DNA of 64,000 nt from Escherichia coli (GTDB taxonomy: Bacteria; Pseudomonadota; Gammaproteobacteria; Enterobacterales; Enterobacteriaceae). Positions 21,398 through 34,212 of this stretch are shown one piece after another. The position numbers and the translations under genes were made by a program. Position 1 is the stretch's first letter. Each line of letters starts with the position of its first letter. The stretch lies in assembly GCF_022846255.1 (NCBI RefSeq), contig NZ_AP025682.1; one strand, given 5' to 3'. The notes beneath the pieces were generated by a model. The model was not told the origin of the DNA. It worked only from the letters and a program-made list of their open reading frames with translations, and did no database searches.

Positions 21398-21470
21398 TAT
21401 ATTTACATTTTGAAACATCTATAGCGATAAATGAAACATCTTAAAAGTTTTAGTATCATATTCGTGTTGG
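21398..21470 (+). promoter_or_regulatory. OmpR-binding boxes of the ompC promoter
   Basis: Tandem TTTACATTTTGAAACATCTA / ATGAAACATCTTAAAAGTTTTAG motifs about 120-180 bp upstream of the ompC ATG. Confidence 0.5.
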
Positions 21471-21580
21471 ATTATTCTGCATTTTTGGGGAGAATGGACT
21501 TGCCGACTGATTAATGAGGGTTAATCAGTATGCAGTGGCATAAAAAAGCAAATAAAGGCATATAACAGAGGGTTAATAAC

Positions 21581-22696
21581 ATGAAAGTTAAAGTACTGTC
21601 CCTCCTGGTCCCAGCTCTGCTGGTAGCAGGCGCAGCAAACGCTGCTGAAATTTACAACAAAGACGGCAACAAATTAGATCTGTACGGTAAAGTTGACGGC
21701 CTGCACTATTTCTCCGATAACGACTCTAAAGATGGCGACAAGACCTACATGCGTCTTGGCTTCAAAGGTGAAACTCAGGTTACTGATCAACTGACCGGTT
21801 ATGGTCAGTGGGAATATCAGATTCAAGGTAACGAACCTGAAAGTGACAATAGTTCCTGGACCCGTGTGGCATTCGCTGGTCTGAAATTCCAGGACGTTGG
21901 TTCTTTTGACTATGGTCGTAACTACGGCGTTGTTTATGACGTAACATCCTGGACCGACGTGCTGCCAGAATTCGGTGGTGACACCTACAGCTCTGACAAC
22001 TTCATGCAGCAGCGTGGTAACGGCTTCGCGACCTACCGTAACACCGACTTCTTCGGTCTGGTTGATGGCCTGAACTTTGCTGTTCAGTACCAGGGTAAAA
22101 ACGGTAGCCCGTCTGGCGAAGGTATGACTGGTGTGACCAACAATGGTCGTGATGTTCTGGAACAGAACGGTGACGGCGTTGGTGGTTCTATCACTTATGA
22201 CATCGGTGAAGGCTTCAGCTTCGGTGGTGCAATCTCCAGCTCCAAACGTACCGCAGAGCAGAACAATTATGGCATCGGTAACGGCGATCGTGCAGAAACC
22301 TACACTGGTGGTCTGAAATACGACGCTAACAATGTATACCTGGCTGCTCAGTACACCCAGACTTACAACGCAACTCTGGCTGGTGATTTAGGTTGGGCGA
22401 ACAAAGCTCAGAACTTTGAAGTGGTTGCACAGTACCAGTTCGACTTCGGTCTGCGTCCTTCTGTAGCTTACCTGCAGTCCAAAGGTAAAAACCTGAATGC
22501 CAACATCGCTGGTCGTACTTACGACGACGAAGATCTGCTGAAATATGTTGATGTTGGTGCGACCTACTACTTCAACAAAAACATGTCCACCTACGTTGAC
22601 TACAAAATCAACCTGCTGGACGACAACCAGTTCACCCGCGCTGCTGGCATCAACACTGATAACATCGTAGCTCTGGGTCTGGTTTACCAGTTCTAA
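21581..22696 (+). CDS. ompC: Outer membrane porin OmpC (371 aa allele)
   Basis: Porin ORF with signal peptide [21 protein letters not shown] and C-terminal ...ALGLVYQF; conserved beta-barrel core. Confidence 0.95.
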   Translation: MKVKVLSLLVPALLVAGAANAAEIYNKDGNKLDLYGKVDGLHYFSDNDSKDGDKTYMRLGFKGETQVTDQLTGYGQWEYQIQGNEPESDNSSWTRVAFAGLKFQDVGSFDYGRNYGVVYDVTSWTDVLPEFGGDTYSSDNFMQQRGNGFATYRNTDFFGLVDGLNFAVQYQGKNGSPSGEGMTGVTNNGRDVLEQNGDGVGGSITYDIGEGFSFGGAISSSKRTAEQNNYGIGNGDRAETYTGGLKYDANNVYLAAQYTQTYNATLAGDLGWANKAQNFEVVAQYQFDFGLRPSVAYLQSKGKNLNANIAGRTYDDEDLLKYVDVGATYYFNKNMSTYVDYKINLLDDNQFTRAAGINTDNIVALGLVYQF

Positions 22697-22715
22697 TCTC
22701 GATTGATATCGAACA

Positions 22716-22738
22716 AAGGGCCTGCGGGCCCTTTTTTC
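22716..22738 (+). terminator. Rho-independent terminator of ompC
   Basis: AAAGGGCCTGCGGGCCCTTTTTT hairpin plus T-run 20 bp after the ompC stop. Confidence 0.6.
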
Positions 22739-22807
22739 ATTGTTTTCAGCGTACAAACACAGTTTTTTGGTGTACTCTTGCGACCGTTCGCATGAGGATA
22801 ATCACGT

Positions 22808-23863
22808 ATGGAAATAAGCTTTACCCGCGTGGCACTGCTGGCTGCCGCGCTCTTCTTTGTTGGTTGCGATCAAAAACCACAACCCGCCAAAACCCACGCT
22901 ACTGAAGTTACCGTTCTTGAAGGCAAAACCATGGGTACCTTCTGGCGTGCCAGCATTCCGGGCATTGACGCCAAACGCAGTGCCGAACTTAAAGAAAAGA
23001 TTCAGACCCAGCTGGACGCCGACGATCAGCTGCTTTCGACCTATAAAAAAGATTCCGCGCTGATGCGCTTTAACGACTCGCAAAGTTTGTCGCCGTGGCC
23101 AGTAAGTGAAGCGATGGCCGATATCGTCACCACCTCGCTACGCATTGGCGCGAAGACCGATGGCGCGATGGATATAACCGTCGGGCCGCTGGTGAATCTG
23201 TGGGGCTTTGGCCCGGAACAACAGCCGGTTCAAATTCCGAGCCAGGAACAGATCGATGCGATGAAAGCCAAAACCGGCTTACAGCACCTGACGGTCATTA
23301 ATCAGTCGCATCAGCAATATCTGCAAAAAAACCTGCCGGATTTATATGTCGATCTCTCCACTGTCGGCGAAGGCTATGCGGCGGATCATCTGGCACGCTT
23401 GATGGAGCAGGAAGGGATTTCCCGCTATCTGGTGTCGGTGGGCGGCGCGCTGAACAGCCGTGGCATGAACGGTGAAGGCCAGCCGTGGCGGGTAGCGATT
23501 CAAAAACCAACCGATAAAGAAAACGCGGTTCAGGCTGTGGTGGATATCAACGGTCATGGCATTAGCACCTCTGGCAGCTACCGTAACTATTACGAACTGG
23601 ACGGCAAACGTCTTTCTCATGTTATCGATCCGCAAACCGGGCGTCCTATCGAACACAATCTGGTATCCGTGACGGTGATTGCCCCGACGGCGCTGGAAGC
23701 CGATGCCTGGGATACTGGCTTAATGGTACTGGGGCCGGAGAAAGCCAAAGAGGTTGTTCGCCGGGAAGGACTGGCGGTCTACATGATCACCAAAGAGGGC
23801 GATAATTTTAAAGCCTGGATGTCGCCGCAGTTTAAAAGCTTCCTTATCAGCGAAAAAAATTAA
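22808..23863 (+). CDS. apbE: FAD:protein FMN transferase (ApbE/Ftp), lipoprotein
   Basis: 351-aa ORF with lipoprotein signal (LFFVGC) and ApbE family sequence. Confidence 0.9.
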   Translation: MEISFTRVALLAAALFFVGCDQKPQPAKTHATEVTVLEGKTMGTFWRASIPGIDAKRSAELKEKIQTQLDADDQLLSTYKKDSALMRFNDSQSLSPWPVSEAMADIVTTSLRIGAKTDGAMDITVGPLVNLWGFGPEQQPVQIPSQEQIDAMKAKTGLQHLTVINQSHQQYLQKNLPDLYVDLSTVGEGYAADHLARLMEQEGISRYLVSVGGALNSRGMNGEGQPWRVAIQKPTDKENAVQAVVDINGHGISTSGSYRNYYELDGKRLSHVIDPQTGRPIEHNLVSVTVIAPTALEADAWDTGLMVLGPEKAKEVVRREGLAVYMITKEGDNFKAWMSPQFKSFLISEKN

Positions 23864-23869
23864 AGCGCA
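23857..23869 (+). promoter_or_regulatory. Ada box (methylated-Ada binding site) of the ada promoter
   Basis: AAATTAAAGCGCA matches the Ada box consensus AAANNAAAGCGCA, about 70 bp upstream of the ada ATG, overlapping the apbE stop. Confidence 0.5.
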
Positions 23870-23936
23870 AGATTGTTGGTTTTTGTGCGATGGTGACCGG
23901 GCAGACTAAAGGCTATCCTTAACCAGGGAGCTGATT

Positions 23937-25001
23937 ATGAAATACGCCACATGCTTAACTGACGATCAACGCTGGCAATCTGTCTTAGCCCGCGACTCGA
24001 ATGCCGACGGCGAATTCGTTTTCGCCGTGCGCACCACGGGTATCTTTTGCCGTCCGTCTTGCCGAGCCAGACATGCCTTGCGGGAAAATGTCTCCTTCTA
24101 CGCAAATGCCAGCGAGGCGCTTGCCGCTGGCTTTCGTCCCTGCAAACGTTGTCAGCCAGACAAAGCCAATCCCCTGCAACATCGCCTTGATAAAATTACC
24201 CACGCCTGCCGACTTCTGGAACAGGAAACGCCTGTAACGCTGGAAGCCTTAGCCGACCAGGTGGCGATGAGTCCATTTCATTTGCATCGGTTGTTTAAAG
24301 CGACTACCGGAATGACGCCTAAAGCCTGGCAACAGGCCTGGCGCGCTCGCCGTTTGCGCGAATTGCTGGCGAAAGGGGAGAGCGTGACTACATCTATTAT
24401 TAACGCCGGATTCCCCGACAGCAGCAGTTACTACCGCAAAGCCGACGAAACGCTGGGCATGACGGCTAAACAATTCCGTCACGGTGGCGAAAATCTGGCG
24501 GTGCGTTACGCGCTGGCTGATTGTGAGCTGGGCCGTTGCCTGGTGGCAGAAAGTGAGCGGGGGATTTGCGCGATATTACTGGGCGATGATGACGCGACAC
24601 TAATCAGCGAGTTACAGCAGATGTTTCCCGCTGCCGACAGCGCGCCTGCCGATCTGACGTTTCAGCAACATGTGCGTGAAGTGATCGCCAGCCTCAATCA
24701 ACGCGATACGCCGCTGACGTTACCGCTGGACATTCGCGGCACTGCTTTTCAGCAACAAGTCTGGCAGGCACTGCGCACGATACCTTGCGGTGAAACCGTC
24801 AGTTATCAGCAACTGGCTAACGCCATCGGCAAACCGAAAGCGGTACGGGCCGTTGCCAGCGCCTGTGCCGCCAACAAGCTGGCTATCATAATACCCTGTC
24901 ATCGGGTGGTCCGTGGTGATGGCACACTTTCCGGTTACCGCTGGGGCGTGTCGCGTAAAGCGCAACTGCTGCGCCGCGAAGCTGAGAATGAGGAGAGGTA
25001 A
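23937..25001 (+). CDS. ada: Bifunctional transcriptional activator / O6-methylguanine-DNA methyltransferase Ada
   Basis: 354-aa ORF; N-terminal Cys-rich methylphosphotriester domain, AraC-type HTH, C-terminal PCHRV active site. Confidence 0.95.
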   Translation: MKYATCLTDDQRWQSVLARDSNADGEFVFAVRTTGIFCRPSCRARHALRENVSFYANASEALAAGFRPCKRCQPDKANPLQHRLDKITHACRLLEQETPVTLEALADQVAMSPFHLHRLFKATTGMTPKAWQQAWRARRLRELLAKGESVTTSIINAGFPDSSSYYRKADETLGMTAKQFRHGGENLAVRYALADCELGRCLVAESERGICAILLGDDDATLISELQQMFPAADSAPADLTFQQHVREVIASLNQRDTPLTLPLDIRGTAFQQQVWQALRTIPCGETVSYQQLANAIGKPKAVRAVASACAANKLAIIIPCHRVVRGDGTLSGYRWGVSRKAQLLRREAENEER

Positions 25002-25651
25002 TGTTGGATCTGTTTGCCGATGATGAACCGTGGCAAGAGCCACTGGCGGCTGGTGCGGTAATTTTACGGCGTTTTGCTTTTAACGCTGCGGAGCAACTGA
25101 TCCGCGATATTAATGATGTTGCCAGCCAGTCGCCGTTTCGCCAGATGGTCACTCCAGGCGGATATACCATGTCGGTGGCGATGACCAACTGTGGGCATCT
25201 GGGCTGGACGACCCATCGGCAAGGTTATCTCTATTCGCCCATTGATCCGCAAACAAATAAACCGTGGCCCGCCATGCCGCAGAGTTTTCATCATTTATGT
25301 CAACGTGCGGCTACGGCGGCGGGCTATCCAGATTTCCAGCCAGATGCCTGTTTGATCAACCGCTACGCTCCTGGCGCGAAACTGTCGCTGCATCAGGATA
25401 AAGACGAACCGGATCTGCGCGCGCCGATTGTTTCTGTTTCTCTGGGCTTACCCGCGATTTTTCAATTTGGCGGCCTGAAACGAAATGATCCGCTAAAACG
25501 TTTGTTGTTGGAACATGGCGATGTGGTGGTATGGGGCGGTGAATCGCGGCTGTTTTATCATGGCATTCAACCGTTGAAAGCGGGGTTTCATCCACTCACC
25601 GCCGACTGCCGCTACAACCTGACATTCCGTCAGGCAGGTAAAAAAGAATAA
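25001..25651 (+). CDS. alkB: Alpha-ketoglutarate-dependent DNA dioxygenase AlkB
   Basis: 216-aa ORF; start overlaps the ada stop (ada-alkB operon). Confidence 0.95.
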   Translation: MLDLFADDEPWQEPLAAGAVILRRFAFNAAEQLIRDINDVASQSPFRQMVTPGGYTMSVAMTNCGHLGWTTHRQGYLYSPIDPQTNKPWPAMPQSFHHLCQRAATAAGYPDFQPDACLINRYAPGAKLSLHQDKDEPDLRAPIVSVSLGLPAIFQFGGLKRNDPLKRLLLEHGDVVVWGGESRLFYHGIQPLKAGFHPLTADCRYNLTFRQAGKKE

Positions 25652-25726
25652 AAATAAGAATTATTATTGCTGTGCGCACGAAGATGTTTAAACTGCGGGC
25701 TGTAATTCATTGTCCGGGTTTTCTGC

Positions 25727-27370
25727 ATGGAACTTCTTGTACTTGTCTGGCGGCAGTATCGCTGGCCATTTATCAGTGTGATGGCGCTAAGCCTCGCCAG
25801 TGCGGCATTAGGCATTGGCTTAATTGCTTTTATCAATCAGCGCCTTATCGAAACGGCGGATACCAGTCTGCTGGTGTTGCCGGAGTTTCTGGGATTATTG
25901 TTGCTGTTGATGGCAGTCACTCTCGGATCGCAACTGGCGCTCACCACTTTGGGGCATCACTTCGTTTACCAACTGCGTAGTGAATTTATCAAGCGGATTC
26001 TGGATACCCACGTCGAGCGCATTGAACAACTTGGTAGCGCTTCGTTGCTGGCGGGGTTAACCAGCGATGTGCGCAATATCACCATTGCTTTTGTGCGTCT
26101 GCCGGAACTGGTGCAGGGGATCATTCTCACTATCGGTTCCGCGGCGTATTTGTGGATGCTGTCGGGCAAAATGTTGCTGGTAACGGCTATCTGGATGGCA
26201 GTCACCATCTGGGGCGGTTTTGTGCTGGTGGCGCGGGTGTACAAACATATGGCGACCCTGCGTGAAACCGAAGATAAGCTGTACACGGATTTTCAAACCG
26301 TACTCGAAGGGCGCAAAGAGCTGACTCTGAACCGGGAACGCGCCGAGTATGTGTTTAACAACCTCTACATTCCTGATGCGCAAGAGTATCGCCATCATAT
26401 TATCCGCGCAGACACCTTCCATCTTAGTGCCGTGAACTGGTCAAACATCATGATGCTGGGCGCTATCGGCCTGGTGTTCTGGATGGCGAACAGTCTCGGT
26501 TGGGCTGATACCAACGTTGCCGCGACCTATTCGTTGACGCTGTTATTCCTGCGTACGCCGCTGCTTTCGGCAGTTGGCGCATTGCCGACGCTGCTGACGG
26601 CGCAGGTGGCGTTTAACAAGCTGAACAAATTCGCGCTCGCACCTTTCAAAGCAGAGTTTCCACGCCCGCAGGCGTTTCCCAACTGGCAAACGCTGGAGCT
26701 GCGTAACGTGACGTTTGCTTATCAGGATAACGCGTTTTCCGTTGGGCCGATTAACCTCACCATCAAACGTGGCGAACTGCTGTTTCTGATTGGTGGCAAC
26801 GGTAGCGGAAAATCGACGCTGGCGATGTTGCTGACGGGCTTGTATCAGCCACAAAGCGGCGAAATCTTGCTGGATGGCAAACCTGTCAGCGGCGAACAAC
26901 CGGAAGATTATCGCAAACTGTTTTCGGCAGTGTTTACCGATGTCTGGCTGTTTGATCAACTGCTGGGGCCGGAGGGTCAACCCGCTAACCCGCAACTGAT
27001 TGAGAAGTGGCTGGCGCAACTGAAAATGGCTCATAAGCTTGAGTTAAGCAACGGACGTATTGTTAACCTGAAGTTATCAAAAGGGCAGAAAAAACGCGTC
27101 GCGCTGTTGCTGGCGCTGGCAGAAGAACGCGATATTATCCTGCTGGATGAATGGGCGGCGGATCAGGACCCACACTTCCGTCGTGAGTTTTATCAGGTGC
27201 TGCTACCGCTGATGCAGGAGATGGGTAAAACGATTTTCGCCATCAGTCATGATGATCATTACTTTATCCACGCTGACCGCCTGCTGGAAATGCGCAACGG
27301 GCAACTTAGCGAGCTGACAGGCGAAGAGCGCGATGCTGCTTCGCGTGATGCCGTTGCCCGGACGGCATAA
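25727..27370 (+). CDS. yojI: ABC transporter (fused permease/ATPase) YojI, microcin J25 efflux
   Basis: 547-aa ORF; N-terminal TM domain, C-terminal NBD with GGNGSGKST Walker A. Confidence 0.9.
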   Translation: MELLVLVWRQYRWPFISVMALSLASAALGIGLIAFINQRLIETADTSLLVLPEFLGLLLLLMAVTLGSQLALTTLGHHFVYQLRSEFIKRILDTHVERIEQLGSASLLAGLTSDVRNITIAFVRLPELVQGIILTIGSAAYLWMLSGKMLLVTAIWMAVTIWGGFVLVARVYKHMATLRETEDKLYTDFQTVLEGRKELTLNRERAEYVFNNLYIPDAQEYRHHIIRADTFHLSAVNWSNIMMLGAIGLVFWMANSLGWADTNVAATYSLTLLFLRTPLLSAVGALPTLLTAQVAFNKLNKFALAPFKAEFPRPQAFPNWQTLELRNVTFAYQDNAFSVGPINLTIKRGELLFLIGGNGSGKSTLAMLLTGLYQPQSGEILLDGKPVSGEQPEDYRKLFSAVFTDVWLFDQLLGPEGQPANPQLIEKWLAQLKMAHKLELSNGRIVNLKLSKGQKKRVALLLALAEERDIILLDEWAADQDPHFRREFYQVLLPLMQEMGKTIFAISHDDHYFIHADRLLEMRNGQLSELTGEERDAASRDAVARTA

Positions 27371-27382
27371 TATTTCGACGCT

Positions 27383-27415
27383 GACCTGGCGGACTGCTGC
27401 CGCCAGGTCAATATT
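27383..27415 (+). terminator. Putative terminator after yojI
   Basis: GACCTGGCGG-ACTGCTG-CCGCCAGGTC hairpin followed by AT-rich tract. Confidence 0.5.
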
Positions 27416-27575
27416 CTAAAAATCCCTTCATTTCTAATAACCCTATAATTAATCAACGAAATTATAATGTTTCTAAAATTAGAATATAATTTATAAACAT
27501 TATTTAAATGTTGTTACTTAAGTGTTACCGTTGATGCCGCGCAAATCTCACCTGCAATAAAGCGACTAAAAGTAA

Positions 27576-29234
<1,659 letters not shown>

Positions 29235-29380
29235 TGATGTGCCACATCCGGCATGGTATGCCGGATGTGGCGTATGCAGATAAGACGCGTCAGCGTCGCA
29301 TCAGGCAACCGGCTCGGGCGTTAGATGTCGGATGCGGCGTAACCGCCTTATCCGACCTGGCGGTTGCAGCACTTCACAGC
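29235..29380. repeat. REP/BIME-type palindromic repeats between mqo and eco
   Basis: GCCGGATGTGGCGTATGCAGATAAGACGCGTCAGCGTCGCATCAGGCA and GCGGCGTAACCGCCTTATCCGACCTGG type REP units. Confidence 0.5.
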
Positions 29381-29383
29381 AGT

Positions 29384-29872
29384 TTAGCGAACTACCGCGT
29401 TGTCAATTTTCTCTTCCGCCTTCCAGACGCGGTACTTCACATCTACATTGTCTGGCGTATACACCACGATCGGCAGCTTGCTGTTATAACGCAGCATTCC
29501 GGCATCGCCCAGATACGCGGTGACAAATTTCTTCTCTTTCTTGCCATCCGGGCAGGCCATCATCGTCGAAACCGGGGAACTGACTTTATCAAAGACATAA
29601 TAATCATAGCCCCAGCCTTCCAGCGTTTTGCTTTCCAGCTTCCCGCCGAGACGATGCAAATTGCAATCGACTTCCAGCGTCTGGCCGATTAACAGTTCTA
29701 CTTTCAGGGTAGATTCATCTTCTTGCGGGGTTAACTGAATCACCTGGCGCTTCATGCCTTTTTCAGCTTGTGGATAAGGTGCGATTTTTTCCAGTGGCTG
29801 GACGCTTTCTGCCGCCCAGGCGGAAGTGGTGGCGAAAGCGGCAAACAATACTGCAGGTAGAATGGTCTTCAT
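29384..29872 (-). CDS. eco: Ecotin, periplasmic serine protease inhibitor
   Basis: 162 aa from [20 protein letters not shown] (signal peptide); longest ORF extends 7 codons upstream. Confidence 0.9.
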
Positions 29873-30130
29873 TTTTTTGCTTTCCTTCTTCATTTATAGG
29901 TTTTCACCGATGATGACGCTGAAGGTTAACATATTCATCAGATTTATTAATTTGCTTTATGAATAACTTAAAGAACATTCAGATAATTTTACCTGCTCTT
30001 TTAGTGTTAAATTCTGATGAGAAAACAAACCAGCAGAAATATCTCTGGCGAATTAATCGATATATAAATATGTTTATAACCATTTGAAATGTGAGCAAAA
30101 GCCCGTTTTTGCCACGCTTCCCGCCACTCT

Positions 30131-30166
30131 TTTGATCCTGCTACAGGTTTTACCCCGATCGGGGTA
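30131..30166 (+). promoter_or_regulatory. napF promoter control region: NarP/NarL 7-2-7 site with putative FNR site 20 bp upstream
   Basis: Perfect 7-2-7 palindrome TACCCCGATCGGGGTA (30151-30166) matching NarL/NarP heptamer TACYYMT; TTGATCCTGCTACA (30132-30145) has a good FNR left half-site but a poor right half-site. Confidence 0.5.
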
Positions 30167-30279
30167 TGCATCTTTGACACATCCTTTAATATCTTAGCGG
30201 CTATAAAAATGGCTTATTAATTATGCGGTTTATTTGGTCGCTCTCAATTTTCAGAGCGCGTTAATGATGGAAGGTCAAT

Positions 30280-30774
30280 GTGAAGATTGATGCATCCCGT
30301 CGGGGCATACTCACTGGTCGCTGGCGCAAAGCCAGTAACGGTATCCGTCCGCCCTGGTCCGGTGATGAATCTCATTTTCTGACCCATTGCACCCGCTGCG
30401 ACGCCTGTATTAATGCTTGTGAAAACAACATTCTGCAACGCGGCGCGGGTGGCTATCCGAGCGTTAATTTCAAAAATAACGAGTGCAGCTTCTGTTACGC
30501 CTGCGCGCAGGCTTGCCCCGAATCGCTATTTTCTCCGCGCCACACCAGGGCCTGGGATTTGCAGTTCACCATTGGGGACGCGTGCCTGGCGTATCAGTCA
30601 GTTGAATGCCGCCGCTGTCAGGATAGCTGTGAGCCAATGGCAATTATCTTTCGCCCGACGCTCTCCGGGATCTACCAGCCGCAACTTAATAGCCAACTTT
30701 GCAACGGATGTGGAGCATGTGCAGCCAGCTGTCCGGTATCAGCCATAACTGCGGAGTATCTCCATGCACACTAA
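30280..30774 (+). CDS. napF: Ferredoxin-type protein NapF
   Basis: 164-aa ORF with multiple CxxCxxCxxxCP 4Fe-4S motifs; GTG start. Confidence 0.9.
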   Translation: MKIDASRRGILTGRWRKASNGIRPPWSGDESHFLTHCTRCDACINACENNILQRGAGGYPSVNFKNNECSFCYACAQACPESLFSPRHTRAWDLQFTIGDACLAYQSVECRRCQDSCEPMAIIFRPTLSGIYQPQLNSQLCNGCGACAASCPVSAITAEYLHAH

Positions 30775-31027
30775 CTGGCAAGTTTGCAGCCTGGTCGTGC
30801 AGGCCAAAAGCGAACGAATTTCAGACATCAGCACCCAACTGAACGCCTTTACCGGCTGTGAAGTTGCTGTCAGCGACGCGCCGAGCGGTCAGTTGATTGT
30901 GGTGGTGGAAGCAGAAGACAGCGAAACGCTGATCCAAACCATTGAGTCAGTACGCAACGTAGAGGGCGTGCTGGCGGTGTCGCTGGTTTATCACCAGCAG
31001 GAAGAGCAAGGTGAGGAAACACCATGA
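30764..31027 (+). CDS. napD: NapA chaperone NapD
   Basis: 87-aa ORF overlapping napF end and napA start. Confidence 0.9.
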   Translation: MHTNWQVCSLVVQAKSERISDISTQLNAFTGCEVAVSDAPSGQLIVVVEAEDSETLIQTIESVRNVEGVLAVSLVYHQQEEQGEETP

Positions 31028-33510
31028 AACTCAGTCGTCGTAGCTTTATGAAAGCTAACGCCGTTGCGGCCGCTGCGGCGGCTGCCGGTCTCAGCGTGCC
31101 GGGCGTTGCCCGCGCCGTTGTTGGTCAGCAGGAAGCCATTAAATGGGATAAAGCGCCGTGCCGTTTCTGCGGTACGGGTTGCGGCGTTCTGGTCGGAACG
31201 CAGCAGGGGCGTGTGGTGGCCTGTCAGGGCGACCCGGACGCACCGGTTAACCGTGGCCTGAACTGCATTAAGGGCTATTTCCTGCCCAAAATCATGTACG
31301 GTAAAGACCGTTTGACGCAGCCGCTGCTGCGTATGAAAAACGGTAAATATGACAAAGAAGGCGAATTTACCCCAATCACCTGGGATCAGGCCTTCGATGT
31401 GATGGAAGAGAAATTCAAAACCGCCCTGAAAGAAAAAGGGCCGGAATCGATCGGTATGTTCGGTTCTGGTCAGTGGACTATCTGGGAAGGTTATGCCGCG
31501 TCCAAGTTGTTCAAAGCGGGCTTCCGTTCGAACAACATCGACCCGAACGCGCGTCACTGTATGGCGTCGGCAGTAGTTGGCTTTATGCGTACCTTTGGTA
31601 TGGATGAGCCGATGGGCTGCTATGACGACATCGAGCAGGCTGACGCGTTTGTGCTGTGGGGCTCCAACATGGCGGAGATGCACCCGATCCTCTGGTCGCG
31701 CATCACTAACCGTCGTCTTTCTAACCAGAACGTCACCGTGGCGGTGCTTTCTACCTACCAGCATCGTAGCTTCGAGCTGGCGGATAACGGCATCATCTTT
31801 ACGCCGCAATCTGACCTGGTGATCCTGAACTATATCGCCAACTATATCATTCAAAACAATGCGATAAATCAGGACTTCTTCAGCAAACACGTTAACCTGC
31901 GCAAAGGGGCGACGGACATCGGCTACGGTTTACGTCCGACCCATCCGCTGGAAAAAGCAGCGAAGAATCCGGGTTCTGACGCCTCCGAACCGATGAGCTT
32001 TGAAGATTACAAAGCCTTCGTTGCTGAATATACGCTGGAAAAAACCGCCGAAATGACCGGCGTGCCGAAAGACCAGTTAGAACAACTGGCGCAGCTGTAT
32101 GCCGATCCGAACAAGAAAGTCATCTCCTACTGGACGATGGGCTTCAACCAGCATACCCGTGGTGTGTGGGCCAACAACCTGGTCTACAACCTGCACCTGC
32201 TGACCGGCAAAATTTCCCAGCCGGGTTGCGGTCCGTTCTCCCTGACCGGGCAGCCTTCCGCGTGTGGTACTGCGCGTGAAGTGGGCACCTTTGCTCACCG
32301 TCTGCCTGCGGACATGGTGGTGACTAACGAGAAACATCGTGATATTTGCGAGAAGAAGTGGAATATCCCGAGTGGCACCATTCCGGCGAAAATCGGTCTG
32401 CACGCGGTGGCACAAGACCGTGCGCTGAAAGACGGCAAACTGAATGTTTACTGGACCATGTGTACCAATAACATGCAGGCCGGACCGAACATTAATGAAG
32501 AGCGTATGCCGGGCTGGCGCGATCCGCGCAACTTTATCATCGTTTCCGATCCGTATCCGACGGTCAGTGCGCTGGCAGCGGACTTGATCCTGCCGACCGC
32601 AATGTGGGTAGAGAAAGAGGGCGCTTACGGTAATGCCGAACGCCGTACTCAGTTCTGGCGTCAGCAGGTACAGGCACCGGGTGAAGCAAAATCGGATCTC
32701 TGGCAGTTAGTTCAGTTCTCCCGTCGCTTCAAAACTGAAGAAGTGTGGCCGGAAGAGCTGCTGGCGAAGAAACCAGAACTGCGTGGCAAAACGCTGTACG
32801 ACGTTCTGTATGCCACTCCGGAAGTGAGCAAATTCCCGGTATCCGAACTGGCGGAAGATCAGCTGAACGATGAATCCCGCGAGCTGGGCTTCTATCTGCA
32901 AAAAGGGTTGTTCGAAGAGTACGCATGGTTTGGTCGCGGTCACGGTCACGATCTCGCGCCGTTCGATGATTACCACAAAGCACGCGGTCTGCGCTGGCCG
33001 GTGGTGAACGGTAAAGAAACGCAGTGGCGTTACAGCGAAGGTAACGACCCGTACGTGAAAGCGGGCGAAGGCTACAAGTTCTACGGTAAACCGGATGGCA
33101 AAGCGGTGATCTTCGCGCTGCCGTTCGAACCTGCGGCGGAAGCACCGGATGAAGAGTACGACCTGTGGCTCTCTACCGGACGCGTCCTGGAGCACTGGCA
33201 TACCGGCAGTATGACTCGCCGTGTACCGGAACTGCACCGCGCCTTCCCGGAAGCGGTTCTGTTTATTCACCCGCTGGATGCGAAAGCGCGCGATCTGCGC
33301 CGTGGCGACAAAGTGAAAGTGGTTTCTCGCCGTGGCGAAGTGATCTCGATTGTCGAAACGCGCGGTCGTAACCGTCCGCCGCAGGGCCTGGTGTACATGC
33401 CGTTCTTCGACGCCGCACAGCTGGTTAACAAACTGACGCTGGATGCGACCGATCCGCTCTCGAAAGAGACGGACTTCAAGAAGTGCGCGGTCAAACTGGA
33501 GAAGGTGTAA
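31024..33510 (+). CDS. napA: Periplasmic nitrate reductase catalytic subunit NapA
   Basis: 828-aa ORF; Tat signal SRRSFMKA; molybdopterin oxidoreductase with N-terminal Cys cluster. Confidence 0.95.
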   Translation: MKLSRRSFMKANAVAAAAAAAGLSVPGVARAVVGQQEAIKWDKAPCRFCGTGCGVLVGTQQGRVVACQGDPDAPVNRGLNCIKGYFLPKIMYGKDRLTQPLLRMKNGKYDKEGEFTPITWDQAFDVMEEKFKTALKEKGPESIGMFGSGQWTIWEGYAASKLFKAGFRSNNIDPNARHCMASAVVGFMRTFGMDEPMGCYDDIEQADAFVLWGSNMAEMHPILWSRITNRRLSNQNVTVAVLSTYQHRSFELADNGIIFTPQSDLVILNYIANYIIQNNAINQDFFSKHVNLRKGATDIGYGLRPTHPLEKAAKNPGSDASEPMSFEDYKAFVAEYTLEKTAEMTGVPKDQLEQLAQLYADPNKKVISYWTMGFNQHTRGVWANNLVYNLHLLTGKISQPGCGPFSLTGQPSACGTAREVGTFAHRLPADMVVTNEKHRDICEKKWNIPSGTIPAKIGLHAVAQDRALKDGKLNVYWTMCTNNMQAGPNINEERMPGWRDPRNFIIVSDPYPTVSALAADLILPTAMWVEKEGAYGNAERRTQFWRQQVQAPGEAKSDLWQLVQFSRRFKTEEVWPEELLAKKPELRGKTLYDVLYATPEVSKFPVSELAEDQLNDESRELGFYLQKGLFEEYAWFGRGHGHDLAPFDDYHKARGLRWPVVNGKETQWRYSEGNDPYVKAGEGYKFYGKPDGKAVIFALPFEPAAEAPDEEYDLWLSTGRVLEHWHTGSMTRRVPELHRAFPEAVLFIHPLDAKARDLRRGDKVKVVSRRGEVISIVETRGRNRPPQGLVYMPFFDAAQLVNKLTLDATDPLSKETDFKKCAVKLEKV

Positions 33511-33516
33511 GCCATT

Positions 33517-34212
33517 ATGTCCCGGTCAGCGAAACCTCAAAATGGTCGCCGCCGCTTTCTGCGCGATGTCGTTCGCACAGCAGGCGGGCTGGCTGCCGTG
33601 GGTGTGGCGCTGGGGTTACAACAGCAAACCGCACGCGCATCTGGTGTGCGGTTGCGCCCGCCCGGAGCCATAAACGAGAACGCCTTTGCCAGTGCCTGTG
33701 TGCGTTGCGGTCAGTGTGTTCAGGCTTGCCCTTACGACACCTTAAAACTGGCGACGCTGGCCTCTGGTCTGTCGGCGGGCACGCCATATTTTGTCGCACG
33801 GGATATTCCTTGCGAAATGTGTGAGGACATTCCGTGCGCCAAAGTGTGCCCGAGCGGTGCGCTGGATCGTGAGATCGAATCGATCGACGACGCGCGGATG
33901 GGGCTGGCGGTACTGGTGGACCAGGAAAACTGTCTCAACTTTCAGGGGCTGCGCTGCGATGTTTGTTATCGCGAATGCCCGAAAATTGATGAGGCCATCA
34001 CCCTGGAGCTGGAGCGCAACACGCGAACCGGTAAGCACGCCCGCTTTCTGCCGACGGTTCACAGCGACGCCTGTACCGGCTGCGGTAAGTGCGAAAAAGT
34101 GTGCGTGCTGGAACAACCGGCAATCAAGGTGTTACCGCTGTCACTGGCGAAAGGGGAGTTAGGTCACCATTACCGCTTCGGCTGGCTGGAGGGGAACAAT
34201 GGCAAATCGTAA
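33517..34212 (+). CDS. napG: Ferredoxin-type protein NapG
   Basis: 231-aa ORF; Tat-like signal GRRRFLRD; 4Fe-4S motifs. Confidence 0.9.

Noticed and set aside
30244-30438. 64-aa minus-strand ORF overlapping the napF start (possible yojO-like small protein)
   Set aside because: I cannot confirm identity with the small K-12 gene yojO from memory, and it overlaps the 5' end of napF on the opposite strand; no independent support.
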